NCBI GenBank assembly: GCA_964472545.1
Contig: CAYYNP010000011.1
Span: forward strand, 1 to 64,000
DNA length: 64,000 bases
Origin: an uncultured Planctomycetaceae bacterium
GTDB lineage: Bacteria; Planctomycetota; Planctomycetia; Pirellulales; Thermoguttaceae
Direction of reading: 5' to 3'
Under the pieces are notes generated by a model that was given only the letters and a program-made list of their open reading frames with translations, was not told the origin of the DNA and searched no databases. Both the position numbers and the translations under genes were made by a program. This document shows, piece by piece, positions 27,274 to 37,181 of this stretch (positions are counted from its first letter, which is position 1; each line of letters begins with the position of its first letter).

Positions 27274-29943
27274 ATGGAGTTCTTTCGAGTTGTATTGGAT
27301 CGCAAACCGCGCCGCGCATTGCTCGGCACGCTTGGCACACTCGTTGTGCTGCTGCTCTCGGCCAGCCCCTGCCTGGCCGCCGAGGAAGACGCCTCGACGA
27401 TGACAGATGAGTTGATGCGTTTTGGCCCCTATTGGCTGCTGGCCTTTGCGGCGTCGATCGTGGCGTTGGTATTCGCCTGGCGGTTTTTCAAGTCGGTGAT
27501 GGCAGCCGACGAGGGCAACGAGGAGATGATCGAGATCGCCGAGCACGTCCGCACCGGCGCCGACGCCTACCTCTGGCAGCAATACAAGATCGTCTTCTGC
27601 TTCTTCGTGGTGATCTTCGCACTACTTCTGTACCTGGCCTTCGGCCTGCACGTGCAGAACCCGATGGTCCCGTTCGCGTTTATTACCGGCGGGTTCTTCT
27701 CCGGCCTGGCCGGTTGGTTCGGTATGAAGACGGCCACCTGGGCCAGCAGCCGCACGGCCGCCGGGGCCGAGAAGTCGTTGAACCAAGGCTTGCAGGTCGC
27801 GTTTCGCAGCGGGGCGGTGATGGGGTTGACGGTCGTCGGCCTGGGGCTGCTGGATATTACGCTTTGGTTTGCCGCCTTGAAGTGGCTTTCGCCTGCCCTG
27901 TTCGGCATCGAATGGACGCTGGTCGAAATCACCGTCACGATGCTCTGCTTCGGTATGGGTGCCAGCAGCCAAGCGCTGTTCGCGCGTGTCGGCGGCGGCA
28001 TCTTCACCAAGGCGGCCGACGTGGGGGCCGACCTGGTCGGCAAAGTCGAAGCCGGCATTCCCGAAGACGACAAGCGTAACCCGGCCACCATCGCCGACAA
28101 CGTGGGCGACAACGTGGGCGACGTGGCCGGCATGGGAGCCGACCTCTACGAGTCATATTGCGGCTCGATCCTGGCCACCGCCGCGTTGGGCGTGGCCGCG
28201 TTTGCCGGGCCGGGGCTGATGAGCCAGGTAACCGGAGACATCAGCAACACCGAGATGCAGATGCGGGCGCTGTTCCTGCCGATGGTGATGGCCGGCGTGG
28301 GCATCGTGCTCTCGATCTTGGGAATCTACCTGGTCCGCACCGAAGAGCAGGCCGACCAGAAGACGCTGCTGAAGGCGCTGGCGCGGGGCGTAAACGTCTC
28401 GAGCCTGGCGATTATCGCCGCCGCTTTTGGCTTTACCTATATCCTCCTGCCGGACTTCATGAACGTGGCGTACAGCGTGATCGTGGGCCTGGCGGCCGGC
28501 TGGCTGATCGGCAAGTGGACCGAGTATTGCACCAGCGATGAGTTTGGTCCCACGAAGAAACTGGCCGACCAGGCGCTGACCGGGCCGGCCACGATCATCA
28601 TCATCGGGATCGCCGACGGCATGAAGAGCGTCTGGTTCCCCGTGATTGTCGTCGGTGCGGCCACCTTGCTCTCGTTCGGCTTCGCCGCCAACTGGCACTA
28701 CGGCGACGTAAACTACTTCGCCATGGGGCTCTACGGCGTGGGCATCGCCGCGGTGGGTATGCTCAGCACGCTGGGCATCACCCTGGCCACCGACGCCTAC
28801 GGCCCGATCGCCGACAACGCCGGCGGCAACGCCGAGATGGCCGGCCTGGAGCCGATCGTCCGCGAGCGGACCGATGCACTCGACTCGCTGGGCAACACTA
28901 CGGCCGCCACCGGCAAGGGATTCGCCATCGGCTCGGCCGCGCTGACGGCCCTTGCCCTGCTGGCAGCCTACGTCGAAGAAGTCCGCATGGGATTCGTCCA
29001 CTGGGGCGATTCGGCGCTGGAATCGGTCGAGCCGGGCCTCTACAAGCTCAACGACCAGTTTGTCGCGTCGGTCGTCAAGGACGAGGACGGTGAGAACGAA
29101 GTCACCGGCTATTTGGCGATGCCGTTGCAGCTTCGTGAATTGGCCGAAAAGGAACAAGACGCGATCAATGCCGCCACGGACGCAGAGGCCGAAACGCTCC
29201 GTGCCGACACGTGGGGTGCGTTGGACTTCAGCGGCGGGCCGGTTGCGGCCGGCGATCTGCTGGAACTGGGGAAGGATGGCACGCCTCAATTCGACCGCAC
29301 CGACGCCGAGTTGGTTCCGGTCACCACCGCCACGATGTTCGACTGGATGGGCTACTACCGTTGCGACTTGATGAACCCGAAAGTGCTGGTCGGTGTCTTT
29401 CTCGGGGCGATGGCCACGTTCGTCTTCTGTGCGATGACGATGAAGGCGGTGGGACGGGCGGCGTTCGGGATGGTCGAGGAGGTGCGGCGGCAGTTCCGCG
29501 AGAAGCCGGGCATCATGGACTACAAGGACAAGCCCGACTATGCCGCCCCGGTTGCCATCAGCACCAAGGCCGCCCAAAAGGAGATGATCATACCGTCATT
29601 GCTGGGGCTGCTGACGCCGATTGCCGGCGGGCTATTGCTGGGCGTGGCCGGCGTGATGGGCCTGTTGGTCGGCGCGCTCTGCTGCGGTTTCTGTGTGGCC
29701 GTCTTCATGGCCAACGCCGGCGGTTCCTGGGACAACGCCAAGAAGTACATTGAGGGCGGCGCCCACGGCGGCAAGGGCACCGACGCCCACAAGGCGGCCG
29801 TCGTCGGCGATACGGTCGGCGACCCGTTCAAAGACACCAGCGGCCCCAGCCTGAACATCCTCATCAAGCTGATGAGTATGGTCAGCGTGGTCGTGGCCGG
29901 GCTGATCGTCCGCTACAGCCTCACGGGGCTGGGGATTTTCTAG
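27274..29943 (+). CDS. hppA: Membrane-bound proton (or sodium)-translocating pyrophosphatase.
   Basis: [19 protein letters not shown] and [31 protein letters not shown] are diagnostic H+-PPase motifs. Multiple TM helices. The N-terminal ~70 aa is an extension and the start could be later. Confidence 0.9.
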   Translation: MEFFRVVLDRKPRRALLGTLGTLVVLLLSASPCLAAEEDASTMTDELMRFGPYWLLAFAASIVALVFAWRFFKSVMAADEGNEEMIEIAEHVRTGADAYLWQQYKIVFCFFVVIFALLLYLAFGLHVQNPMVPFAFITGGFFSGLAGWFGMKTATWASSRTAAGAEKSLNQGLQVAFRSGAVMGLTVVGLGLLDITLWFAALKWLSPALFGIEWTLVEITVTMLCFGMGASSQALFARVGGGIFTKAADVGADLVGKVEAGIPEDDKRNPATIADNVGDNVGDVAGMGADLYESYCGSILATAALGVAAFAGPGLMSQVTGDISNTEMQMRALFLPMVMAGVGIVLSILGIYLVRTEEQADQKTLLKALARGVNVSSLAIIAAAFGFTYILLPDFMNVAYSVIVGLAAGWLIGKWTEYCTSDEFGPTKKLADQALTGPATIIIIGIADGMKSVWFPVIVVGAATLLSFGFAANWHYGDVNYFAMGLYGVGIAAVGMLSTLGITLATDAYGPIADNAGGNAEMAGLEPIVRERTDALDSLGNTTAATGKGFAIGSAALTALALLAAYVEEVRMGFVHWGDSALESVEPGLYKLNDQFVASVVKDEDGENEVTGYLAMPLQLRELAEKEQDAINAATDAEAETLRADTWGALDFSGGPVAAGDLLELGKDGTPQFDRTDAELVPVTTATMFDWMGYYRCDLMNPKVLVGVFLGAMATFVFCAMTMKAVGRAAFGMVEEVRRQFREKPGIMDYKDKPDYAAPVAISTKAAQKEMIIPSLLGLLTPIAGGLLLGVAGVMGLLVGALCCGFCVAVFMANAGGSWDNAKKYIEGGAHGGKGTDAHKAAVVGDTVGDPFKDTSGPSLNILIKLMSMVSVVVAGLIVRYSLTGLGIF

Positions 29944-29977
29944 CGGGCCGGCGGAAACGCGTGTGCCGCTGCCAATC

Positions 29978-30007
29978 CTGGTTCCCAAACTTCAGTTTGG
30001 GAACCAG
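29978..30007. terminator. Perfect 13-bp stem hairpin (ctggttcccaaac ttca gtttgggaaccag) between convergent genes.
   Basis: Seen in sequence, 35 nt after the pyrophosphatase stop. A second inverted repeat, cgtagccgaa..ttcggctacg, lies at 30034..30100. Confidence 0.65.
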
Positions 30008-30115
30008 CGTAGGCGGCCGACGGCACGCCCCGTAGCCGAAGTCGCCAGACTTTGGATGGCACCACGGAAAACGCCAGATTCTGGCGAATTCGGCTACGGT
30101 TGGTAGAAATGTGAC

Positions 30116-31504
30116 CTAATACTCGTCCCCGCCCACCAACTGCTGCTCCACTTTATCCGCCTGCCAGGCCACGGCCGAGAGCACGCGGCTGACCGCCAAC
30201 GGGTCTAGCGTCTCGGCGAGTTGGTTGGCCTGGATGCAGACCACCTCGGAGCCGTCGACTTGGCGGACCGCGAACGCGCCGTGGAGCATCTTGGTGTTGT
30301 AGCGGAGCAACGTCATGGCGTTTTTCTCGGTCACCGGGCCGCAGATCGACCAGTAGTTGACCATCGAATGGCCCGACTTGTCGGTCTGGCCGAACTCGAC
30401 GCTGACGAGTTGCTTCCTTAGCGAGCCGACGGGCACCGTGATCCGCAATACTTCGCCGGCCTCTTCGATCTTGTGTCCGGCGGCCTCCGAGACCGAGCGG
30501 ACCAATGCCTTGGGGTCTTTGGCCACCGGCGCGGCCGGGGCCAATTCGCCGAAATCGGGGCCCGCCGGCCCGGCTGCGGCAGCGGCGGCTCCCGCGGCGG
30601 CTGCGGCCGGAGCGCCGGGTGGCTGCTGCGGCGCGGCGGGGGGCGCTTGTCCGCCGGGCTGCATCGACTGCTGGATCATGCCCGGCATCATCATGCCGAA
30701 TCCGGCGCCCATGCCCATGCCCATCGCGCTGCCACCCATCGCCCCGCCGCCCTGTTCGGCCAGCTTGGCCATGCTGTTGGCGGCCTGAAACTTCATGAAG
30801 GCGTCGAGATCGCCCACGGCGGCCATCGAACTGCGGGCGTCGATCTTCTCCTCGACGTCCTTCGGCGGAGTGATGGCGTTGATGAAGAAGTCGACCAGTT
30901 CCAGGCCGTATTTGCCGAACTCCTCAGCAACCTTTGCCCGGGTGCCCGCGGCCACCTCGTCGTACTTGGCCACCAGATCCAAGAGGCTGATACCCAGCGT
31001 ACCCAGCAGGTCTTGCAGCCGGGAGACGATCAGGTCCTTCAAGAAGGAGGTGACTTCGTCGGTGGTGTATTTGCCCTGAGTGCCGACCAGCGTGCTCATC
31101 AACAGCTTGGCGTCGACCACGCGGAACGAGTACTTGCCGAAACTTCGCAGCCGCACCATGCCGAACTCGCTGTCGCGGAAGGGGATCGGCTGCCGGGTGC
31201 CCCACTTCTGATCGAGGAAGGTCTGCTTGCCGATGAAGTAGACCTGGGCCTGGAAGGGCGACTTCTGCCAGGGGATGGTCAGAATCCGCGTGAGGATCGG
31301 CACGTTGGCCGTGGTCAGCGTATGGCGGCCGGCGCCGAAGGAGTCCATCGCCTTGCCGTCGCGGAAGAAGATCGCCTCCTGGTTCTCCTGCACGATCAAC
31401 TGGGCTCCGATCTTGATATCGGCCGATCCTTGCGGCGGCTCGCGGTGGACCAGCGAGTTGTTCGATTCGTCGAAATACTGGATGACTTCCAAGCGAATGG
31501 CCAT
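30116..31504 (-). CDS. SPFH/band-7-like domain protein with a Gly/Ala/Met-rich linker and a C-terminal domain of unknown function.
   Basis: From the ATG at 31504. [68 protein letters not shown] resembles the COG4260-type SPFH (virion-core-like) family. The linker is [52 protein letters not shown]. Confidence 0.7.
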   Translation of the reverse strand: MAIRLEVIQYFDESNNSLVHREPPQGSADIKIGAQLIVQENQEAIFFRDGKAMDSFGAGRHTLTTANVPILTRILTIPWQKSPFQAQVYFIGKQTFLDQKWGTRQPIPFRDSEFGMVRLRSFGKYSFRVVDAKLLMSTLVGTQGKYTTDEVTSFLKDLIVSRLQDLLGTLGISLLDLVAKYDEVAAGTRAKVAEEFGKYGLELVDFFINAITPPKDVEEKIDARSSMAAVGDLDAFMKFQAANSMAKLAEQGGGAMGGSAMGMGMGAGFGMMMPGMIQQSMQPGGQAPPAAPQQPPGAPAAAAAGAAAAAAGPAGPDFGELAPAAPVAKDPKALVRSVSEAAGHKIEEAGEVLRITVPVGSLRKQLVSVEFGQTDKSGHSMVNYWSICGPVTEKNAMTLLRYNTKMLHGAFAVRQVDGSEVVCIQANQLAETLDPLAVSRVLSAVAWQADKVEQQLVGGDEY

Positions 31505-31623
31505 CTTCAATCCCTTCGTGTTCGGTCGTCTTGTCGGTCGTAGGGTGCGTGAAACGCACCGACGCAAACCATCTGCCCAGCAAACTACTTGCCCGGCGGT
31601 GCGTTGCACGCACCCTACGAGGC

Positions 31624-32133
31624 CTACTCCAATCCCTTGAGCATGTCTTCCCGCGTGTCCCAATGCTCTTCCAGTTCCTCGGTCTGCCGCAGCAAATCGG
31701 GCACCAGCGTGGCCACTTCGTCCTGCTTCTGCGGCAGGTCTTCGACGGCCTCGGCGAGCTTCTCGACGTGCTGCATCAGCGCCGCGTCGTGTTCGTAGAC
31801 CCGATCCAGCAGGTCCTCTTTGACCTGCACCAGATCGAAGAAGCCGCTGTAGCCTTGCATGGCCCCGCGGATCCGGCCGATCAGCTTGTCGAGCCGGCCG
31901 CGAATGCGGTCGATCTGCGGCAGCAGGTCGATCTGGCCCGCCTCGGCCAGCGGTCGGGTGAGGTTATCGACCCCCCGCTTGCTCCGCTCGAGCCGATCGG
32001 CCAGCCAGTCGCGTTGCAGGTCGTCGGCTTCGCGGCGGTATTCCTTCTCCAGATACCCCCGAAAGCCGGGAATGTAGCGCAAAATGGTCTCGATCCAACC
32101 GCGGCGTTCGGTATGGTCTCTGGGCTCGATCAT
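31624..32133 (-). CDS. Hypothetical protein, 170 aa, immediately upstream of the SPFH gene.
   Basis: From the ATG at 32133 ([39 protein letters not shown]). The upstream part of the track ORF is Arg/Cys-rich and unlikely to be coding. Confidence 0.45.
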   Translation of the reverse strand: MIEPRDHTERRGWIETILRYIPGFRGYLEKEYRREADDLQRDWLADRLERSKRGVDNLTRPLAEAGQIDLLPQIDRIRGRLDKLIGRIRGAMQGYSGFFDLVQVKEDLLDRVYEHDAALMQHVEKLAEAVEDLPQKQDEVATLVPDLLRQTEELEEHWDTREDMLKGLE

Positions 32134-32540
32134 GGTCGAATCCTCTGTGCAGTTTCTGGTGGAGAAAAGCCGCCCTACAGAGCAGCCCATACTATGCCAC
32201 CCATTCCGGCGGATCGAATGCGTATCTACCTTGGCCCGACCAGCCAAACGCATGATAGCCTGAGGCGGTCTGCCGCGGAAGCCGGCCGACCGAACGCTGC
32301 GGGGGAACGACAGACACCGCAGCCCCGGCGGCCGGTCCCAGTCGCCAGTTACTGTGCAGTGCTATTCGCTGCGGGCGCGGCAATCTTGCGAAGGCGCCGG
32401 AAGATGCCTTCCTGTTCCCCCTAAAGCCCCGACTTTCACGTGCCCTCCAATCCGATTCCTATTGGCACGCCCAACCCTCCCTGTTATAGTCCCCCCGCGA
32501 TTTTCCTCGCTCCTTGCACCCGCTTTCTCAAGGTCTCTCG

Positions 32541-33242
32541 ATGGATGGAAGTCAAGTCAAACGCATCTTGGCCGTGGCGGCCTGTCTGATTCTGGTGACG
32601 TCGGGCGGATGCGCCGATTTCTTCTCGGCGCCGTCGTGGATGCCGTTCGCAAAGCGGTCGTCGCCCAGCATTCCGGGCATCACCCCGCCGGATGAGAGGA
32701 TTGCGGAATTGAAGAAGATCGCCACACGGGCCGGGTCGAAGACCCCGCAGCAGAAGCAGGAGACGGTGATTCAATTGGCCACGGCCATCCGCGGTGAAGG
32801 CGACCCGTCGATCCGTGCCGAGATCGTGCGTACGCTCGGCTTCTATCCCGGCGACGTGGCCGACGGTGTGCTTCACGCGGCCGTGGGCGATCCCAGCACC
32901 GACGTGCAGCAAGCGGCCTGCGAAGCCTGGGGACGCCGCGGCAACGGCCAGGCGGCGTTGGTCCTGCAACGGGTGGTCGAAGACGAGGAGGCCTACTCTC
33001 AGGTCCGCATTGGCGCCGCCCGGGCACTGGGACGGATCAAGGACCAGTCGGCCGTCCATGCGTTGGGCAGCGCCTTGGAAGACAGAAACCCGGCCCTGCA
33101 ATACCAGGCCGTGTTGTCGTTGCGCGAACTCACCGGCGAAGACCTCGGCAACGACGTCAATCGCTGGCGGCAATACGTTCGCGGCGAGTTGCCGGGGTCC
33201 GGGGGCTCTTCGATTGCGGGGCGCGGCCGCGGCGTGTTTTAG
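32541..33242 (+). CDS. HEAT-repeat (PBS-lyase-like) lipoprotein.
   Basis: Lipoprotein signal VKRILAVAACLILVTSGGC. Repeats DPSIRAEIVRTLGFY, DVQQAACEAWGRRGN, SQVRIGAARALGRI, NPALQYQAVLSLREL. Confidence 0.6.
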   Translation: MDGSQVKRILAVAACLILVTSGGCADFFSAPSWMPFAKRSSPSIPGITPPDERIAELKKIATRAGSKTPQQKQETVIQLATAIRGEGDPSIRAEIVRTLGFYPGDVADGVLHAAVGDPSTDVQQAACEAWGRRGNGQAALVLQRVVEDEEAYSQVRIGAARALGRIKDQSAVHALGSALEDRNPALQYQAVLSLRELTGEDLGNDVNRWRQYVRGELPGSGGSSIAGRGRGVF

Positions 33243-33515
33243 AGTCCTGTTGAAGATGCGTGTGCCACTGCTTCGCAGAAGCAGTGCCGCTTCGATTCGC
33301 TACAAGAAGCACTGCTTCTGCGAAGCCGTGGCACACACGACCAAACACAGTTGGCCCTGTTTCGTCAGGCTGCCGTTGCCCTTTCAGACAGAAGCCCTTA
33401 AGATGGGGTGGTATCGGTGGGAAAGCGCTGGCACAAATCGCATCGCAGCGGCCGGCAGCCTTCGGGGCATCTCGCCGCGAAGCACGACTCCCGACAGCAG
33501 GCCGGAACCACGGGA

Positions 33516-34502
33516 ATGCAGCCGTTACGTTTCACCGAGCAATTTAAGACGCTCTATGACCTGGCGCTTCAGTTGAACGAATCGTCGGGTGCCGATGCGA
33601 TTCTGCTGCTGTTGGAAGGGTCTGCCGATTGGCAGCGGCTGAAAAAGATGGCCGGCGACGAGAAGATCGTGATCGCCGCCGACACGGCCGAGCAGGCCGA
33701 CGAGGCCAAAGAGGCCGGGCTCGAATCGGTGCGGATCGATATGCCCGACAGCCCGGTCTACGAACGGCTTACCCAGGCCGTGCTCGAGGCCGTGGCCGAC
33801 GACGTGCTGGCCCCCGGTTCGAGCGTCGTCTCGCTCTACAGCGGCTTCGACGCCGACACGCTCGACTCGGTCAGCCTGATCAACCTCGACGAACATCTCA
33901 ACCGGCTCACCGGTCGCGATCTGCGGCAGTTGGAGACTCGGGTGCCGCTGGACACGCTGAAGGTGGTCGTCGACCTGGCCGTCGAGATCGGCCGCGAGGG
34001 CCGCGAGGGCAAGCGGATGGGCACGTTGTTCGTCGTCGGCGACGCCCGCAAGGTGCTGGCGTGCAGCCGTCCGGCCGGTTTCGACCCGGTCAAAGGCTAC
34101 AACCGCCGCGAGCGGAATCTGGGCGATCACCGGGTACGCGAGGGCGTCAAAGAATTCTCGCAGATGGACGGCGCCGTGGTCGTCTCGGCCGACGGTACGG
34201 TCGAGGCAGCCTGCCGCTACCTCGATTGCTCGGCGGCCGACGTCACGCTCTCGAAGGGGCTCGGCGCCCGTCACTGGGCCGCAGCCGCGGTCAGCCGGGC
34301 AACCAACGCCGTGGCAGTCACGGTTAGCGAGACCAACGGCACCGTCCGCATCTTTCAAAACGGCGAGGTCGTGCTGCGGATCGAACCGCAACTCCGCCGG
34401 CCGATGGTCTGGAAAGAGTTCGAGTACGAGCCGCCCCACGTCGAGCCGAAGGGCAAGGCCAAGGGCGAGGGCAAATCGAAGGGCGAAAGCAAGACCGGCT
34501 GA
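33516..34502 (+). CDS. DAC (diadenylate cyclase, DisA_N) domain protein. Predicted c-di-AMP synthase with a soluble N-terminal domain and a Lys/Gly-rich tail.
   Basis: DAC blocks GTLFVVGD, KGYNRRE, MDGAVVVSADG and GLGARHWAAAAVSRATNAVAVTVSETNGTVRIF (compare canonical GTRHRAA..ivVSEetG.i). The start is taken at the M at 33516; the Arg/His-rich upstream 36 codons are doubtful. Confidence 0.75.
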   Translation: MQPLRFTEQFKTLYDLALQLNESSGADAILLLLEGSADWQRLKKMAGDEKIVIAADTAEQADEAKEAGLESVRIDMPDSPVYERLTQAVLEAVADDVLAPGSSVVSLYSGFDADTLDSVSLINLDEHLNRLTGRDLRQLETRVPLDTLKVVVDLAVEIGREGREGKRMGTLFVVGDARKVLACSRPAGFDPVKGYNRRERNLGDHRVREGVKEFSQMDGAVVVSADGTVEAACRYLDCSAADVTLSKGLGARHWAAAAVSRATNAVAVTVSETNGTVRIFQNGEVVLRIEPQLRRPMVWKEFEYEPPHVEPKGKAKGEGKSKGESKTG

Positions 34503-34539
34503 CGATCGCTTGCGCAACGGCAGGAGCAACTAGCCGGGG

Positions 34540-34760
34540 GCGGAAGCCCCCGGACGGTCAGCGCCTGTGAGCCCCACGCGGCAGCCGAGACGTCCACCTT
34601 CCGACGGCTTCTGCCCGCGGCTGGTCTGACAATCCTCTATGGCAGCGACCATTTCTGTCGCCCCTTCGGGGCTCACGCGACAAGACGACGATCCCGTTTC
34701 CAGGGGCTAACGCCCCTGGCTATTGACTACCGTCCCTTTGGGACTCGAAAAACCTGGCAC
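34540..34760. terminator. Cluster of short GC hairpins downstream of the DAC gene (gccccttcggggc, caggggctaacgcccctg, gtccctttgggac).
   Basis: Seen in sequence within the 375-nt intergenic region. Includes a UUCG-type tetraloop hairpin. Confidence 0.45.
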
Positions 34761-34877
34761 GTTTTCGACAGGTCAGGGATCGCCACAGAATCCGGCAGAC
34801 CCCCGCGGCTGGCCCCGCGATCGTCGGTCGGGTAGAATCTACGCTGTGCCATCCCACTCTGCTTAAGGAGACGTCCC

Positions 34878-37121
34878 ATGCGAAGTGTGCTTCTTGTGCG
34901 TGTTGTTCGTTTGGCTGTGGTCCCGACGATCCTGGCTGCGGCGTGGCTCGGCCCGCCGGCAGTCGCATCTTCAGAAGCCGCCGGGCTGGAGGACACGTCC
35001 CTGGTGCTGCCGCCGGCCGACGCGGCGTTCTATAGCGCGGGGCTGCGAAACCGCGAGCAGATCGAGGCCGTTATCAACAGCCGGGCGTGGGCCAAGATCA
35101 TGGCGATGCCGGTAGTTCAGATGGGGCTGGACGCCCTGAAGGCCGAAGCGTCCGATCCGCGCAGCGTTCCCGGCCAGGTGCTGGCGGCCGTGCAGGACCC
35201 GGCCGGCCGGCCGGTGGTCGACACCGTGCTGGATATGCTCTCGCAGGAAGTCTTCGTCTACGGCGACGCAAGTTGCGTGGACGCCCTGGAGCTATTCCAG
35301 GGGTTGCTCGGCTCGGCCCAATACGGTCCGGCCATGATGCAGTTGGGCAACGCGGCCGAGGGCATGCCGATCGGCGACCAACAGGCAATGTTGCTTTTTA
35401 CCACGCTGGCCGACAACCTCGATCGGCTGAAAGTGCCCGGCGTGACGGTCGGCTTCAAGCTGACCGACAAGCGCCGGGCGGCCGACCTGCTCGATCAGTT
35501 GTACGAGATCGCGTCGGCCGCGCTGGAAGAGGAACCGAAGCTGAGCGGCCGCCTGAAGCGGCAGACGGTCGACGGCCACGAGTATCTCACCTTCACGCTC
35601 AACGGCCGGATGATCCCCTGGCGTCAGACGGACATCTTCCGGCTGGCCGATCGGCCTTGGAACGAGGGGCAGGTCGAGAAGGTCGTGGCCCACATCCGGA
35701 ACATGAAGTTGGTCGTCGCCCTGGGCATTCGCGAGGACTACCTGCTGTTGTCGATCGGCCCTTCGACCAAGTCCCTGGCACGGCTGGGCAAGGGCAGACT
35801 GCTGGTCGACCGGCCGGAACTCGCGCCACTGAAGCCGTTCGCCCAGCAGCGGCTGACCTCGATCAACTACGTCAGCGAGGCACTGATGGCTCAATTGAGC
35901 TACGCGCCGGAGGACATCGACAGCATATGCGGCTACGTCGACATGCTGTTGCCGGCGACCGGGCTTCCGGAGGCTGAGATGGACCGCATTCGAGGCGACG
36001 CCGCCGCGTTGGCCGACGACATCAAGACCCTTCTCTCCGAGCCCGGCGCGATCACCTCCTTCGGCTTCCTCACCGACCGCGGTCTGGAAGGATATACGTA
36101 CGACTGGCGCGAACACGCTTCGCTGGACGGTTCGAAGCCGCTCGACGTGCTCAACCACGTCGGCGGCGACCCGCTGCTGGTGTTTGCCAGCCGCTCGAAG
36201 CCCCAGCCGCAGCGCTACGAGATGCTGGTGAAGTGGCTGAAGGTGGGCTACGGCTACTTCGAGCGCTACGGCCTGCCCAACACGCCGCCGCCACAGCGCG
36301 AGGAGTTCGATCGGGGGGTGGAGCTGTTCCTGCCGCTGCTGGCGCGCCTCGACAAGGCCACGCGCGAGATGCTGCTGCCGTCGCTCGAGGACGGCCAGGC
36401 GGCGCTGGTCATCGACGCCAAGCTCACCAGCCGGCAGTTCCTCCAGGCGCTGCCGCCGACGCCCGAGCCGATGCCGATGCTCGAACCGGCGGCGGTGGTC
36501 GGTGTCAGCGACGCGGATCTGCTCCGCCGGGCGTTCGGCGAATATCGGGACGTGCTCGACGCCGCGCTGGATGCCGTCCGGCAACTTGCCCCCGGCGAGA
36601 TTCCCGAGAGCTTCCGCTTCTACGATCCGGAGATGACCGAGGACGAATCGGGCACAATCTGGGGCTGGGCGTTGCCGGAGGCGGCGGGCGTCGATCCGCG
36701 GATCGTGCCCAACATCGGGCTGTCCGACTCGATGGGCGTGGCCTCCGCATCGCGGGAGCACACCCGCCGGCTGCTGAAACCCACGCCGCTGGCCGCCAAA
36801 GGCGTATTGCAGGATCTTGCCAGGCCGCGAACCTCGGCAACGCTGTTCGATTGGGCCGGTCTGGTCGACGCGGCGACGCCCTGGGCGAGGTTCGCGGCGT
36901 GGCAGATCATGGCCGATTCACCGGGCGCCTCCGGCGACGCGGACGACCCGGCCGAAGTGGCTGGCATACTCGACCAGGTCGACACCGTGCTCGAGGTGCT
37001 CAAGGTCGTGCGGAGCTACACCAGCGAGAGTTACTTCGACGACGAGAACGCCGCCGGCGGCCTGAAACGTCCCGCCCTGGTGACCCATCGCATGTGGGAG
37101 TTCCAGGATTTGCCGGAGTAG
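34878..37121 (+). CDS. Secreted hypothetical protein, 747 aa.
   Basis: Signal peptide MRSVLLVRVVRLAVVPTILAAAWLGPPAVASS. Coding-like composition throughout. No recognised motifs. Confidence 0.6.
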   Translation: MRSVLLVRVVRLAVVPTILAAAWLGPPAVASSEAAGLEDTSLVLPPADAAFYSAGLRNREQIEAVINSRAWAKIMAMPVVQMGLDALKAEASDPRSVPGQVLAAVQDPAGRPVVDTVLDMLSQEVFVYGDASCVDALELFQGLLGSAQYGPAMMQLGNAAEGMPIGDQQAMLLFTTLADNLDRLKVPGVTVGFKLTDKRRAADLLDQLYEIASAALEEEPKLSGRLKRQTVDGHEYLTFTLNGRMIPWRQTDIFRLADRPWNEGQVEKVVAHIRNMKLVVALGIREDYLLLSIGPSTKSLARLGKGRLLVDRPELAPLKPFAQQRLTSINYVSEALMAQLSYAPEDIDSICGYVDMLLPATGLPEAEMDRIRGDAAALADDIKTLLSEPGAITSFGFLTDRGLEGYTYDWREHASLDGSKPLDVLNHVGGDPLLVFASRSKPQPQRYEMLVKWLKVGYGYFERYGLPNTPPPQREEFDRGVELFLPLLARLDKATREMLLPSLEDGQAALVIDAKLTSRQFLQALPPTPEPMPMLEPAAVVGVSDADLLRRAFGEYRDVLDAALDAVRQLAPGEIPESFRFYDPEMTEDESGTIWGWALPEAAGVDPRIVPNIGLSDSMGVASASREHTRRLLKPTPLAAKGVLQDLARPRTSATLFDWAGLVDAATPWARFAAWQIMADSPGASGDADDPAEVAGILDQVDTVLEVLKVVRSYTSESYFDDENAAGGLKRPALVTHRMWEFQDLPE

Positions 37122-37181
37122 TGTCGTCGAGTTCGTCGGGTGGGTGATTCGTCGGGTGGCTGGGGGTCGAAGTGGCCGGCA

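Noticed and set aside
27274-27480. The pyrophosphatase N-terminal extension as a separate small gene or signal peptide.
   Set aside because: It is in frame with, and continuous into, the H+-PPase TM1. I kept it as a possible N-terminal extension with start uncertainty rather than a separate feature.
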